From assembly GCA_007118855.1 (NCBI GenBank), contig SKQU01000259.1:1-58732 (forward strand): a stretch of DNA of 58,732 bases, given 5' to 3'. Positions 8,710-17,426 of this stretch are shown in pieces. A program made the position numbers and the translations under genes. Under the pieces are notes generated by a model, which did no database searches, was not told the DNA's origin, and saw only the letters and a list, made by a program, of their open reading frames with translations. This DNA is from Spirochaetaceae bacterium (GTDB taxonomy: Bacteria; Spirochaetota; Spirochaetia; DSM-27196; SLST01). The stretch's first letter is position 1, and each line of letters opens with the position of its first letter.

Positions 8710-9478
8710 GCGGATCGGGGCGAACGCGATCGGCCGGCTGCGACACTTCATCTACGCGGTCGGCTACGCCGTCGAGGTATTCCGCCAGGTGCCGCGGTTT
8801 CTGACCCGTCGCACGGTGGGCAGCCGCGTCCTGACGATGCAGGTCCTGTTCACCGGAGTCGAGGCGCTCAACGTGATCGCGACCATCAGCCTGGGGATCG
8901 GTACGGTCATCGTGATTCAGGGACTGAGCCTGCTGCCGCAGTTCGGTCAGGGACGGCTCATCTACAGCATTCTCATCATCGTGATCACCCGCGAGCTCGG
9001 GCCTATTCTCACGGCGCTCATCGTCACCGCCCGATCGGGCACCGCGATCGCGACCGAGCTCGGAAACATGGTCGTCAACCACGAGATCGAGGCGTACACG
9101 ATCACGGGTATCAACCCGATTCAGCACATCGTGGTTCCCCGTCTGATCGGCGTGACCCTCAGCACCTTTCTTCTGAACCTCTACTTCAACGTCTTCGGGC
9201 TCCTTGGTTCGTTCGTCGTGACCCAGTTCGTCAACCCAATCTCGGTGGTCGAGTACTGGAGCGGGCTCCTGGAGGCGCTGAGCATGACCGACGTCGCCTC
9301 GAGCGTCGTCAAGAGTCTCGTCTTCGGCGCGATCACCGCGCTGGTGGCGACCTTCTACGGGCTGCAGGTGGAACGCTCGTCGACCGAGATACCGGTCGCG
9401 GCGATCCGCTCGGTCGGGCGCGGCATCACGCTGCTCATCCTGGCGAACGCGGTGATCACCCTCGCCTACTACCTGTGA
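8696..9478 (+). CDS. mlaE: MlaE-family ABC permease
   Basis: Motif RELGPILTALIVTARSGTAIATELGNM...GINP...VVPR; multiple TM helices. Confidence 0.9.
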   Translation: MSAVERIGANAIGRLRHFIYAVGYAVEVFRQVPRFLTRRTVGSRVLTMQVLFTGVEALNVIATISLGIGTVIVIQGLSLLPQFGQGRLIYSILIIVITRELGPILTALIVTARSGTAIATELGNMVVNHEIEAYTITGINPIQHIVVPRLIGVTLSTFLLNLYFNVFGLLGSFVVTQFVNPISVVEYWSGLLEALSMTDVASSVVKSLVFGAITALVATFYGLQVERSSTEIPVAAIRSVGRGITLLILANAVITLAYYL

Positions 9479-9484
9479 GGTTCC

Positions 9485-10312
9485 ATGGAAGAGATGCAAC
9501 CCGACGGGATGATCGCTGCGGCGTGCCGGCTGACCGGCATTACGGTCACCTCAGACTCGGCGCCCATCCTCGAAGAGGTCAGCGTCGACTTTCCCCGCGA
9601 CGCCTGCACCGTGGTCATGGGGCCCTCCGGTTCGGGCAAGAGCACGCTCCTGAAGGTGGCCGCGGGACTGGTCGTTCCGGACGGGGGAACCGTCGAGATC
9701 CTGGGCGTGGATCCGGCACGCGCCACCGACCGCGAGCTGGAGGCGCTGCGCCTCAGAAACGGTTTCGTCTTCCAGGACGGGGCCCTCTGGCAGAACATGA
9801 GCCTGTACGACAACATCGCGCTTCCTCTCCTCTACCACGGGGTGGAAGACGACCCGGCGGCCGTACGTCTTCGCGTACTCACCCTCGCGCGCGAGCTCGG
9901 CGCTACCGCCAGGCTCGACCTTCGCCCGTCGCAGGTCTCCTCGGGAGAGCGCAAGATCATCTCCTTCATACGCGCGATCGCGGCCGACCCGGAGCTGCTG
10001 TTCATGGACGAGCCGACCACGAGCATCGACGCAGAGCGAAATGCACTCCTGATCGCCCGGCTTCGATCGATTCGCAAGCGCGGCGCGACGATCATCGCGG
10101 TCACCCACGACGCCCGGATCGCGAGCCGCATCGCAGACTTCATCCTCGTGATGAAGGAGGGCCGCGTCCTCAGATTCGGGTCGCTGCATGAGATCTCACG
10201 CAGCGGTGATCCTGAAGTCGAGCGTATTCTGACCGATGTTCTAAGTGAGACGGCGACGTACGATGGAGACATCCTTGACCTGCTTGATCCGGATCAGGAC
10301 CCGATCGTGTGA
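9485..10312 (+). CDS. mlaF: MlaF-family ABC ATP-binding protein
   Basis: Walker A GPSGSGKS, FVFQDGAL, signature VSSGE, Walker B LFMDEPT; lies between mlaE and an MCE gene. Confidence 0.85.
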   Translation: MEEMQPDGMIAAACRLTGITVTSDSAPILEEVSVDFPRDACTVVMGPSGSGKSTLLKVAAGLVVPDGGTVEILGVDPARATDRELEALRLRNGFVFQDGALWQNMSLYDNIALPLLYHGVEDDPAAVRLRVLTLARELGATARLDLRPSQVSSGERKIISFIRAIAADPELLFMDEPTTSIDAERNALLIARLRSIRKRGATIIAVTHDARIASRIADFILVMKEGRVLRFGSLHEISRSGDPEVERILTDVLSETATYDGDILDLLDPDQDPIV

Positions 10313-10335
10313 AACTCCGCGATCAGACTCCGGAA

Positions 10336-10364
10336 TTGACGCGGCCCGAAACGTGGGCTAGACT
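10336..10364 (+). promoter_or_regulatory. internal sigma70 promoter upstream of the MCE gene
   Basis: TTGACG-17 bp-TAGACT. Confidence 0.55.
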
Positions 10365-10373
10365 CGAGGTGGC

Positions 10374-11468
10374 ATGAAACTGCGGTACCGGTATGCGAAT
10401 CAGGTCGTCGGGATCTTCGTCATCGTGGCGGTCGGGCTGGCCGTGACGCTCATCGTGCTGCTCGGCGTGAACCAGCGGTGGTTCCGACGCAACTACGAGT
10501 ACTATGCCAGACTCGACACGGCCAAGGATGTTTCGGTCGGCATGTCGATCACCTTTCGCGGGTTCACGATCGGTCGCGTCCGGGATATCACCCTGACTGA
10601 GACCAACGACGTGCACGTACGGTTCACCATCCAGGACGAGTACATAGACAAGGTCACCCGCGATTCTCTGATCCAGATCGTCGCGAATCCGCTCGGCGGC
10701 GGACAGATCCTCCTCCATCAGGGTCGGCAGCCTACTGAGCCGCTGGCCGAAGGCTCACAGATCCCTACTCACGACTCCAAGCAGGGCCTGCGGCTGCGCG
10801 AGGAGAACCGCGTCATCATACTCCGTGACACCGACCCTATAGCCCAGGCGCTCGGCCAGCTCGATCCTATCCTCACCAACGTGGACCGGGCGCTGCTGAA
10901 CGTCGTCGGACTCACCGAGGAGATCGACCTCGCGCTCCGCGGCGAGTCGGTCGGCCCCATCGGCGCGGCGCTGACGAGCTTCGAGCACGCGGTGGCGGAG
11001 CTCCAGCAGACGGTCGTCCGGGTCAACCGCGTCATCGATGACACCACCGGCCAGGTCGACGTCTTGCTCGGGGACGTCCAGCTCATCGCCGCCAATCTCG
11101 AACAGACGAGCGCGGCGCTTGCGAACCCCACCGGTCTCGTGAAGACGCTGCTCGACCCGCAGGGCAGCATCGCCACACTCCTTGATGACGACAACCGCCT
11201 GTTCGACGACATACTCCTGATCATTGCCTCCCTCGAGCGCAGCATCGCACGTCTCGACGACAGCCTTCTGCAGGTCGCCGGGTTCACCGCCTACCTCAAT
11301 ACGGCCCAACCCCAGATCATGTCCCTGCTCGAAGAGGGACGCCAGACGATCAGCACGGGCAACGCGGTGCTGCAGGGCATCCGCAATAACCCGCTCATCC
11401 GGGGAGGGATTCCTGAGGCAAGAGAACAGCCGACGACGTTCCGCGGCGTCCGCGACGAGGAGTTCTGA
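10374..11468 (+). CDS. MCE/MlaD family protein with long C-terminal helical region
   Basis: TM anchor, MCE domain (VSVGMSITFRGFTIGRVRDI), then about 200 aa of heptad-like helices. Confidence 0.88.
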   Translation: MKLRYRYANQVVGIFVIVAVGLAVTLIVLLGVNQRWFRRNYEYYARLDTAKDVSVGMSITFRGFTIGRVRDITLTETNDVHVRFTIQDEYIDKVTRDSLIQIVANPLGGGQILLHQGRQPTEPLAEGSQIPTHDSKQGLRLREENRVIILRDTDPIAQALGQLDPILTNVDRALLNVVGLTEEIDLALRGESVGPIGAALTSFEHAVAELQQTVVRVNRVIDDTTGQVDVLLGDVQLIAANLEQTSAALANPTGLVKTLLDPQGSIATLLDDDNRLFDDILLIIASLERSIARLDDSLLQVAGFTAYLNTAQPQIMSLLEEGRQTISTGNAVLQGIRNNPLIRGGIPEAREQPTTFRGVRDEEF

Positions 11469-12406
11469 TGCGTGGCGCCGGCCCCTGCGCTCTTGCCTTT
11501 CTGGTCGCGACGGGCCTCCTCGTTTCCTGTTCCACCGCGCCGAGGACGCCTGACACGGTCACCGACGTGAAAGACCGCGCCGCCGAACACGCGGAGTTCG
11601 GCAATCGCTACTATCGCCAGGCGAACTACCAGCAGGCGCTTCGCTTCTTCGAGCTCGCACTCGACGCCAACACGTCGGTGGACCACCTGCCGGGAGTCGC
11701 CCGCGCCCACAATTCGATAGGGAACGTCTACCTGGCCGTGGGCGAGATAGACGCGGCCGAGGCAAGCTTCATGCGCGCCTACCGGATCGCAACCATGCTC
11801 GACGATCCGGACCTGCTGCTGCAAAGCTCATCAAATCTGGGCCAGGCCGCGCTGCGACGCGGGCAGACCGAACTCGCCATGGAGTTTTTCAGCCGCGCGC
11901 TTGACTACCGCCCCCGGGTCACCAGCAGGGCCGACGTCGCGATCATCCTGCACAACATCGCTACCGTGTACAGCCGTCGCGGCGAGACCGAAGCCGCCGA
12001 ACGCCTGCTCCGGGAAGCGATGGCAATCAACACCGCCGAGCGCACCTGGCTCGAGCTCGCGTCCAACCATTACGCGCTCGCGGCGCTCTACAGCAGACAG
12101 GGCCGGTACTCCGAAGCGCGCGCACAGGCGCTTCGTGCCCTCGAGCTCGACAAGCAGGTGGAGAACTCCGTCGGCATAGCCTCCGACCTCAAGGCGCTCG
12201 GGATCATCGCCCGCCGGATGCAAGAGTACGAGTCGGCCGTCGACTATTTCACTCGTGCGCTTCAGGTGAGCGCGACGATCGGCCTGGTCGGCGAAGCAGC
12301 CGACGTTCTGAACCATCTCGCCTCGATCGCAGCGGATCTCGGCCGCAACGGGGAGGCCCAGCGGTATCAAGAACAGCGTGAAGCGCTCCTTCAGGAGGCC
12401 CGATGA
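11468..12406 (+). CDS. TPR-repeat lipoprotein
   Basis: Lipobox-like LLVSC followed by many TPR repeats (AHNSIGNVY, SSNLGQAA, LHNIATVY). Confidence 0.85.
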   Translation: MRGAGPCALAFLVATGLLVSCSTAPRTPDTVTDVKDRAAEHAEFGNRYYRQANYQQALRFFELALDANTSVDHLPGVARAHNSIGNVYLAVGEIDAAEASFMRAYRIATMLDDPDLLLQSSSNLGQAALRRGQTELAMEFFSRALDYRPRVTSRADVAIILHNIATVYSRRGETEAAERLLREAMAINTAERTWLELASNHYALAALYSRQGRYSEARAQALRALELDKQVENSVGIASDLKALGIIARRMQEYESAVDYFTRALQVSATIGLVGEAADVLNHLASIAADLGRNGEAQRYQEQREALLQEAR

Positions 12407-12594
12407 GCAAGCGTGGCGGTTCGATCGCGCGTCTGCTCGCCTGGGCGCTGCTCGCCCTCATCCTGCCGTTCGCCGGCGCTGCGATCGCGTTCCCTTTGTG
12501 GCACCTCGCGGTGAACCATCGCCTCGTCTACACGATCATCGTCGCGCTCGGCCTGACACTGATCGTGGTCGCGGCGCGCCGGAGAGGCGCATGA
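12403..12594 (+). CDS. small two-TM membrane protein
   Basis: 63 aa with two hydrophobic helices; SD GGAGG; ATGA overlaps with both neighbours. Confidence 0.75.
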   Translation: MSKRGGSIARLLAWALLALILPFAGAAIAFPLWHLAVNHRLVYTIIVALGLTLIVVAARRRGA

Positions 12595-13505
12595 GCCGGC
12601 CTCGACGGTGCCCGGTCGCGATCCTTGGATGCCTCCTCGTCTTCTGCGCACCGCTCGCCCATCTTCGCGCGGAATACCCGCTGATGGAACGTCTCGATCG
12701 CAGCGATCCGCTCTACCTGCAGCATCAGAACGACATTCAGCACTACTATCGCAGCGCGAGCGCGGGCGACGAACTGCCGCCCCTGCTCATCTACCGCTAC
12801 GACCTGCAGGAGCACGATACGCTCTTCGCCGTCGCGGCAAGGCTGTCCATGCCCTACAGCGCGATCGCGTCGCTGAATCGCCTCACCGGACCCTCGTTCG
12901 ACGAACGGTCGTCAATACTCATCCCGGGCATCCCCGGCATCTATCTTCCTCTGGATCCCGCGTCTGATCTGGAGATGATCATGCACGATCTGCGACGGGA
13001 CAGACCGGCCGACGTGCTCTCGCTGGCACTGCAAGACGGCAGACGGGCATACCGGTTCTACCCCGGAGAGGATTTCCTGGCCGAGGAGCGCACGGCATTC
13101 CTGGGAATGACCTTTCGCCATCCGCTGCCGAACGGCCGGTTGACCTCGCCGTACGGTCCGCGTATCAACCCCATCACCGCGCGCTACACCTTTCACGGCG
13201 GGGCCGATTACGCGGCTCCGGCGGGAACCCCGGTGCTCGCCGCGAGAGGCGGACGGGTGAGCCATACCGGTTCCGACGAGATACTCGGGATCTACATCAT
13301 CGTCGACCACAGCGGCGGCTTCCAGACGCTCTATGGGCACCTGAAGAGCATGCACGTGTCGTTGAACGACGAGGTCCGTTCAGGTATGATTCTAGGGAGG
13401 GTCGGCAGCACCGGGCAGGTAACCGGATCACATCTGCACTTCGAAATACGCCACAACGGCAGAACCCGCGACCCGGAAACCATGGTGCGACAGGACAGAC
13501 GATGA
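12591..13505 (+). CDS. exported LysM + M23 peptidase
   Basis: Signal peptide, LysM (DTLFAVAAR...IASLNRL), M23 motifs HGGAD, YGHL, TGSHLHFE. Start set at ATG 12591. Confidence 0.9.
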   Translation: MSRPRRCPVAILGCLLVFCAPLAHLRAEYPLMERLDRSDPLYLQHQNDIQHYYRSASAGDELPPLLIYRYDLQEHDTLFAVAARLSMPYSAIASLNRLTGPSFDERSSILIPGIPGIYLPLDPASDLEMIMHDLRRDRPADVLSLALQDGRRAYRFYPGEDFLAEERTAFLGMTFRHPLPNGRLTSPYGPRINPITARYTFHGGADYAAPAGTPVLAARGGRVSHTGSDEILGIYIIVDHSGGFQTLYGHLKSMHVSLNDEVRSGMILGRVGSTGQVTGSHLHFEIRHNGRTRDPETMVRQDRR

Positions 13506-14491
13506 AACTGATCACGGCGGCCGCACTGCTCCTCCTCTCCTCACCGTCCTTCGCCGAGACGCTGCGGGGACCCCTCGCCGCCGAGCTCACCGTCACGCCC
13601 GTTGAATCGGCGAGCGCGGAAGGGGTTGGCGTTGAAGGTATCGTGCTGATCCGGATCGACGGAGACCCCCGGTTCCTCGACGCCATCGACATTGAGATCA
13701 CGAGCCCCGCCGCCGTCGCCGAGCATGCGGGCGCCCTGACCCTCTCGGTCGTGGGCCCTATCAGCATGGAGGCTCGCGCCGACGTCGCAAGCGTCGTGGG
13801 CGAGGAGCTTCTGCGCCAGCCCTTGCAGCGCGGCGGAAAGACCTTCTACCAGGTCGTCCTGCGCGATGACGCCGATCCGGACGCGTTGACCACGGTGACC
13901 CGCATAGGCACCGTCGTCCCCCCTCAGACGTTTCCTCTCGCGCTCACGATCGTCCCTCGCATGAAGGGGCTCAGCGAAGCGATCCAGGCTGCTGAGTTCA
14001 CCGTCACGGCGCGTCCGGTGACGCGCAACGTTGCAGCGATAGCGGTCAGATACGTCCACGAGGACGGATCGTTTTTTGACCCCGAGGCCCCGCTCGCCCC
14101 GGACTTCGAGCTCACGATCGACGGACAGGCGGTCAGGGTAGACAGCGAGTACCTGGTGACGCCCGGACTCCACAGACTGCGGCTGCGTTCGCAACGCTAC
14201 CAGGACCAGGAGGTCACGATAGGCGTCGACAGGGGCCGCAGCGTCACCGTTGACGTGCCGCTTCGACTCGCTCTTGCCACGGTCCAGTACATCGTCCCAC
14301 GGGACGCGAGCGTCTACGTGAACGGCCGGCTGCGGGAAGGCTCGAGCGGGGACTTTACCGTACCGCCGGGAGAGCATACAATAGTAGTTGTGATGGGAGA
14401 GTACACGGTGACGCGGCGATTCCGCGTGGAGGAACGGCAGCGGTACTCAGTGTCCGTGACGCTGGATATCGTCATAGAAGAGATCAAGTAA
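13502..14491 (+). CDS. exported protein with C-terminal PEGA-like domains
   Basis: Signal peptide; repeats of the type ...IDG...PGLHRL and VYVNG...PPGEHTI. Confidence 0.75.
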   Translation: MKLITAAALLLLSSPSFAETLRGPLAAELTVTPVESASAEGVGVEGIVLIRIDGDPRFLDAIDIEITSPAAVAEHAGALTLSVVGPISMEARADVASVVGEELLRQPLQRGGKTFYQVVLRDDADPDALTTVTRIGTVVPPQTFPLALTIVPRMKGLSEAIQAAEFTVTARPVTRNVAAIAVRYVHEDGSFFDPEAPLAPDFELTIDGQAVRVDSEYLVTPGLHRLRLRSQRYQDQEVTIGVDRGRSVTVDVPLRLALATVQYIVPRDASVYVNGRLREGSSGDFTVPPGEHTIVVVMGEYTVTRRFRVEERQRYSVSVTLDIVIEEIK

Positions 14492-14514
14492 TGCTCGTCG
14501 TGAGACGATAATCA

Positions 14515-14614
14515 AGGTGTCGGTTGTTCATTATAGTTCCCCTCCCAGTTTACTATGTGTATGGCCGACGACCTAACGGTTGGGCCGGCGCCTCCGGGTG
14601 CCGGCCCTTTTCTT
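14515..14614 (+). ncRNA. candidate small RNA or structured 3' UTR: long hairpin with CU-rich loop plus terminator
   Basis: 14515-14537 pairs with 14552-14574 (about 21 bp, four G-U pairs valid only on the + strand). Loop UCCCCUCCCAGUUU. A terminator follows. Confidence 0.5.
14582..14614 (+). terminator. intrinsic terminator
   Basis: GGGCCGGCGCC-TCCG-GGTGCCGGCCC followed by TTTTCTT. Confidence 0.88.
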
Positions 14615-14674
14615 AAGACCCTCCGGAGCGCTGAACCATTGCCGGAAGGGCATCCATGAACGGCGCGCAGCCGT

Positions 14675-14703
14675 TTGACACGAACCGCTGCGCTCCGTAA
14701 CCT
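14675..14703 (+). promoter_or_regulatory. sigma70 promoter of PBP1A (probably leaderless)
   Basis: TTGACA-17 bp-TAACCT; ATG follows 6 nt after the -10; no SD. Confidence 0.7.
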
Positions 14704-14709
14704 GTAGCT

Positions 14710-17418
14710 ATGCGGTTTAACGGCAGGCGGCGCACCGCCCTGTTCCTCCTTGTGAGTCTTGCTGTCGTAGTAGCCGTGGTCGTCGGGGTTGCGGTCGGAG
14801 CCGCTATCGCGTCGGTCCGGAATATCCAGGAGATCTCCCGATCCACGGAGACCGAATCAGCCTTGCCGTCGGTCCTGATCGACCGGCACGGCCGGGAGAT
14901 CACCGAGCTCTTCGGCGAAGAGAAGCGCACCATCGTCTCCATAGAGGAGCTTCCCCGTCACCTGATCTACGCACTGATCACGCGCGAGGACCGGGCTTTC
15001 TTCCAGCACGGCGGGTTCAACCTCTGGCGGATGACCAGCGCGGCGGCCAATCTGGCCCTGAACTACGTCACCGGCGGTCGTGCCGGATACTTCTCCGGCG
15101 CGAGCACGATCACGCAGCAGCTGGCGAAGATGATGTACACCGACCAGAGCGTCACGATCGCCCGCAAGGTCCATGAGCTGTGGTGGGCGCTCCAGCTCGA
15201 GCGCCATCTCACGAAGTACGAAATCCTGGAGGAGTACTTCAACCGGATGCCCTTCGGGCACGGGACGTACGGGATAGAGGCCGCAAGCCAGTTCTACTTC
15301 GGTCACAGCGCCACGGAGCTCACCGTCGCCGAGTCGGTTCTGCTCGTCCTCCAACTCTCCAGTCCGAGTTTTCGCACCTACTCGCCCATCGCCAATCCGG
15401 AGAATGCCCGCGACCTGCAGCGAGAGATCCTCTCCCAGATGGTCGACCTGGGGTACACGACGCGCGAGCAGGCCGACGCGAGTTTCCAGGCGTACTGGGC
15501 CAACCACGACTACACCCGCAGCGCCAACACGGCGGCCTTCCTGGTACGCCTCGAGCGCGATCCTGCCCCCTGGTTCACCGAGCACGTGCGCATCCGGCTG
15601 CAGGACGAATTGCTGCTCGGGAGCGCCAATATCTACACCGACGGGTATCGAGTCCACACAACACTCGACCTCGACTACCAGAGGGCCGCTCAGCGACACC
15701 TGTGGGCCGGCATCCAGCAGGCCAACGAGACGTACCGCCGCAACCAGGCCGGGAACCAGGAGCGGATCGAGCGCTTCGTTCCCATGGTGGAGATGCTGTC
15801 GGTAGGGTTCGACGTGGAGAACATGCAGGTAGGCAGCGCCGCCGATCGCCGGAACGCAAAGGACTACTTCCGCGACGATCTGTCCCCTATCGTCGACATG
15901 GTCTCCATGATGTTCGACACAGGCGAGCAGGATGCGCTGCGCCAGGTGACCCGGGCGACCTATCTCGAGCGTCGGGCCCTTGCCGACCGAACCCGTGTAG
16001 AGGGTGCGCTCATCACCCTCGAGAACGAGACCGGGCATATCCTCGCGATGGTTGGAGGCAGCCCTTTTGAGGCGGGCAACCAGGTGAACCGGGCGATCAG
16101 CGCGATGCGCCCCCCCGGCAGCGCCTTCAAACCGCTCTACTATGCGGCGGCGATCGACAAGCGGACCGTCACCGCTGCGACCTCCTTTATAGACGCCCCG
16201 ATCGTCTTCTGGAACAACGACGGAACGCCCTACGCCCCCAAGAACTACAACGACGAATGGCGGGGCCCCACCCTCGTGCGTCATGCGCTTGCGACCTCGA
16301 TGAACGTCGTGTCGCTTCGCATACTCGATCAGGTTGGGTTCGCCGACGGACTCGGGACCGCAGGACGACTGCTGGGGCTGAACGAGACGCAGATGGTCCA
16401 GCGAGGGTTCGAGCCGCGCTATCCGGTAGGCCTGGGCACCGTGGCGGTGAGCCCGCTCCTCATGGCGCGAGCCTACGCAACCTTCCCGAGCGGGGGGCGC
16501 GAAGTAATACCCGTCTCGATCCGTTACATAGAAGACCGCCGGGGGAACACAATCCTTTCGCCGGCGCAGGACGTCGCACAGGAGCTCCTGCGAAAGGGGC
16601 CGAACGCGCAGATCGTATCGCCGCAAGCGGCGTACCTGATGGTCGATATGATGAAGAGCACGGTGGAGTACGGTACCTTGCGCAATCGTCGTCTGCTCGT
16701 GGGCGGATTCGACGAGATGCCCATGGCCGGCAAGACCGGCACGACGCAGAACTGGTCGGACGCCTGGACCGTAGGGTTCTCCCCCTACGTGACGACCGCC
16801 GTATGGCTCGGATTCGACCGTGGCGGCAGCAACAGTCTCGGCACCAACCAGACCGGCGCTCAGACCGCCGGGCCCATCTGGGCCTGGTACATGAAGGAGA
16901 TCCACAAGGAACTGCCTCCTCGTGAGTTCGAACGACCGTCAGGGCTCGTCGAGGTCACGGTTACGGCCCAAAGCGGGGCGCTGCCCACGGAAGACTACCG
17001 CGGGAGAACCATCCGCGAACTCTTCATCGCCGGAACCGAGCCCAAGACATTCGACACGGCCGAGACCTTCCATACCGATCGTCGCGACCGAATCGCTTCG
17101 CAGCTCTCCCGGCCCACGTCGCTCACGGCTGCCATAGGCGCTCAGAACTCGATCTTCTCCTCGCCTGCCGATACCGGGTCGCGCGGGAGTGAGCCTTCGG
17201 CCCCGAGCTTCGGCGCCGGCGTCAATCCGTTCCTCGACGATGTCGATGCGGACGTCCGCGAAGAAGCGCCGCCGGAGCCTGTCGAGCCGGAGCCTGTCGA
17301 GCCGGAGCCTGTCGAGCCGGAGCCTGTCGAGCCGGAGCCGGCTGAGGACCCGCTGCACGAGGAGCCGGACGACCCGGACGAGGACGACGACTCTGAACGG
17401 AATCCGTTACTGGACTAG
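14710..17418 (+). CDS. mrcA: class A penicillin-binding protein (PBP1A)
   Basis: TM anchor; transglycosylase motifs EDRAFFQH, GASTITQQLAK, RKVHE; transpeptidase motifs SAFK, SMN, KTG; acidic Pro-rich tail. Confidence 0.95.
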   Translation: MRFNGRRRTALFLLVSLAVVVAVVVGVAVGAAIASVRNIQEISRSTETESALPSVLIDRHGREITELFGEEKRTIVSIEELPRHLIYALITREDRAFFQHGGFNLWRMTSAAANLALNYVTGGRAGYFSGASTITQQLAKMMYTDQSVTIARKVHELWWALQLERHLTKYEILEEYFNRMPFGHGTYGIEAASQFYFGHSATELTVAESVLLVLQLSSPSFRTYSPIANPENARDLQREILSQMVDLGYTTREQADASFQAYWANHDYTRSANTAAFLVRLERDPAPWFTEHVRIRLQDELLLGSANIYTDGYRVHTTLDLDYQRAAQRHLWAGIQQANETYRRNQAGNQERIERFVPMVEMLSVGFDVENMQVGSAADRRNAKDYFRDDLSPIVDMVSMMFDTGEQDALRQVTRATYLERRALADRTRVEGALITLENETGHILAMVGGSPFEAGNQVNRAISAMRPPGSAFKPLYYAAAIDKRTVTAATSFIDAPIVFWNNDGTPYAPKNYNDEWRGPTLVRHALATSMNVVSLRILDQVGFADGLGTAGRLLGLNETQMVQRGFEPRYPVGLGTVAVSPLLMARAYATFPSGGREVIPVSIRYIEDRRGNTILSPAQDVAQELLRKGPNAQIVSPQAAYLMVDMMKSTVEYGTLRNRRLLVGGFDEMPMAGKTGTTQNWSDAWTVGFSPYVTTAVWLGFDRGGSNSLGTNQTGAQTAGPIWAWYMKEIHKELPPREFERPSGLVEVTVTAQSGALPTEDYRGRTIRELFIAGTEPKTFDTAETFHTDRRDRIASQLSRPTSLTAAIGAQNSIFSSPADTGSRGSEPSAPSFGAGVNPFLDDVDADVREEAPPEPVEPEPVEPEPVEPEPVEPEPAEDPLHEEPDDPDEDDDSERNPLLD
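17271..17339 (+). repeat. 15-bp tandem repeat, 4.6 copies, encoding PEPVE
   Basis: (GCCGGAGCCTGTCGA)x4 plus GCCGGAGCC, in frame in the PBP1A tail. Confidence 0.95.
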
Positions 17419-17426
17419 GAGTTTCG

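Noticed and set aside
12378-12590. N-terminal extension of the LysM-M23 ORF, and similar extensions for rpoS, clpA, the galK-like gene, lnt, rpmE, cinA, rpsT and ricT
   Set aside because: The extensions run through neighbouring genes or promoters. Downstream starts fit SD, overlap or signal-peptide evidence better.
14515-14614. Identification of the hairpin RNA as SRP RNA, 6S RNA or a riboswitch
   Set aside because: It has no SRP domain IV motif, is too short for 6S and lacks a central bubble, and shows no recognisable aptamer. PBP1A has its own promoter downstream of the terminator.
14665-14693. Imperfect inverted repeat GCGCAGC...GCTGCGC around the PBP1A -35, and CATGC...GCATG at 43611-43629
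   Set aside because: Short GC-rich arms arise easily by chance, and I have no conservation data.
14613-14942. 109-aa minus-strand ORF
   Set aside because: It is antisense to the PBP1A promoter and 5' end and has no recognisable features.
14857-16905. 682-aa antisense ORF inside PBP1A, and similar long antisense ORFs (19394-21097, 25876-27417, 27606-29132, 30136-31713, 35768-38335, 45628-47187)
   Set aside because: They mirror well-supported genes and have no recognisable motifs. Such stop-free shadow frames are expected at high GC3.
17271-17339. Tandem repeats (also 40873-40917) as a possible CRISPR array
   Set aside because: The 15-bp units are contiguous with no spacers, lie in frame within CDSs, and no cas genes are present.
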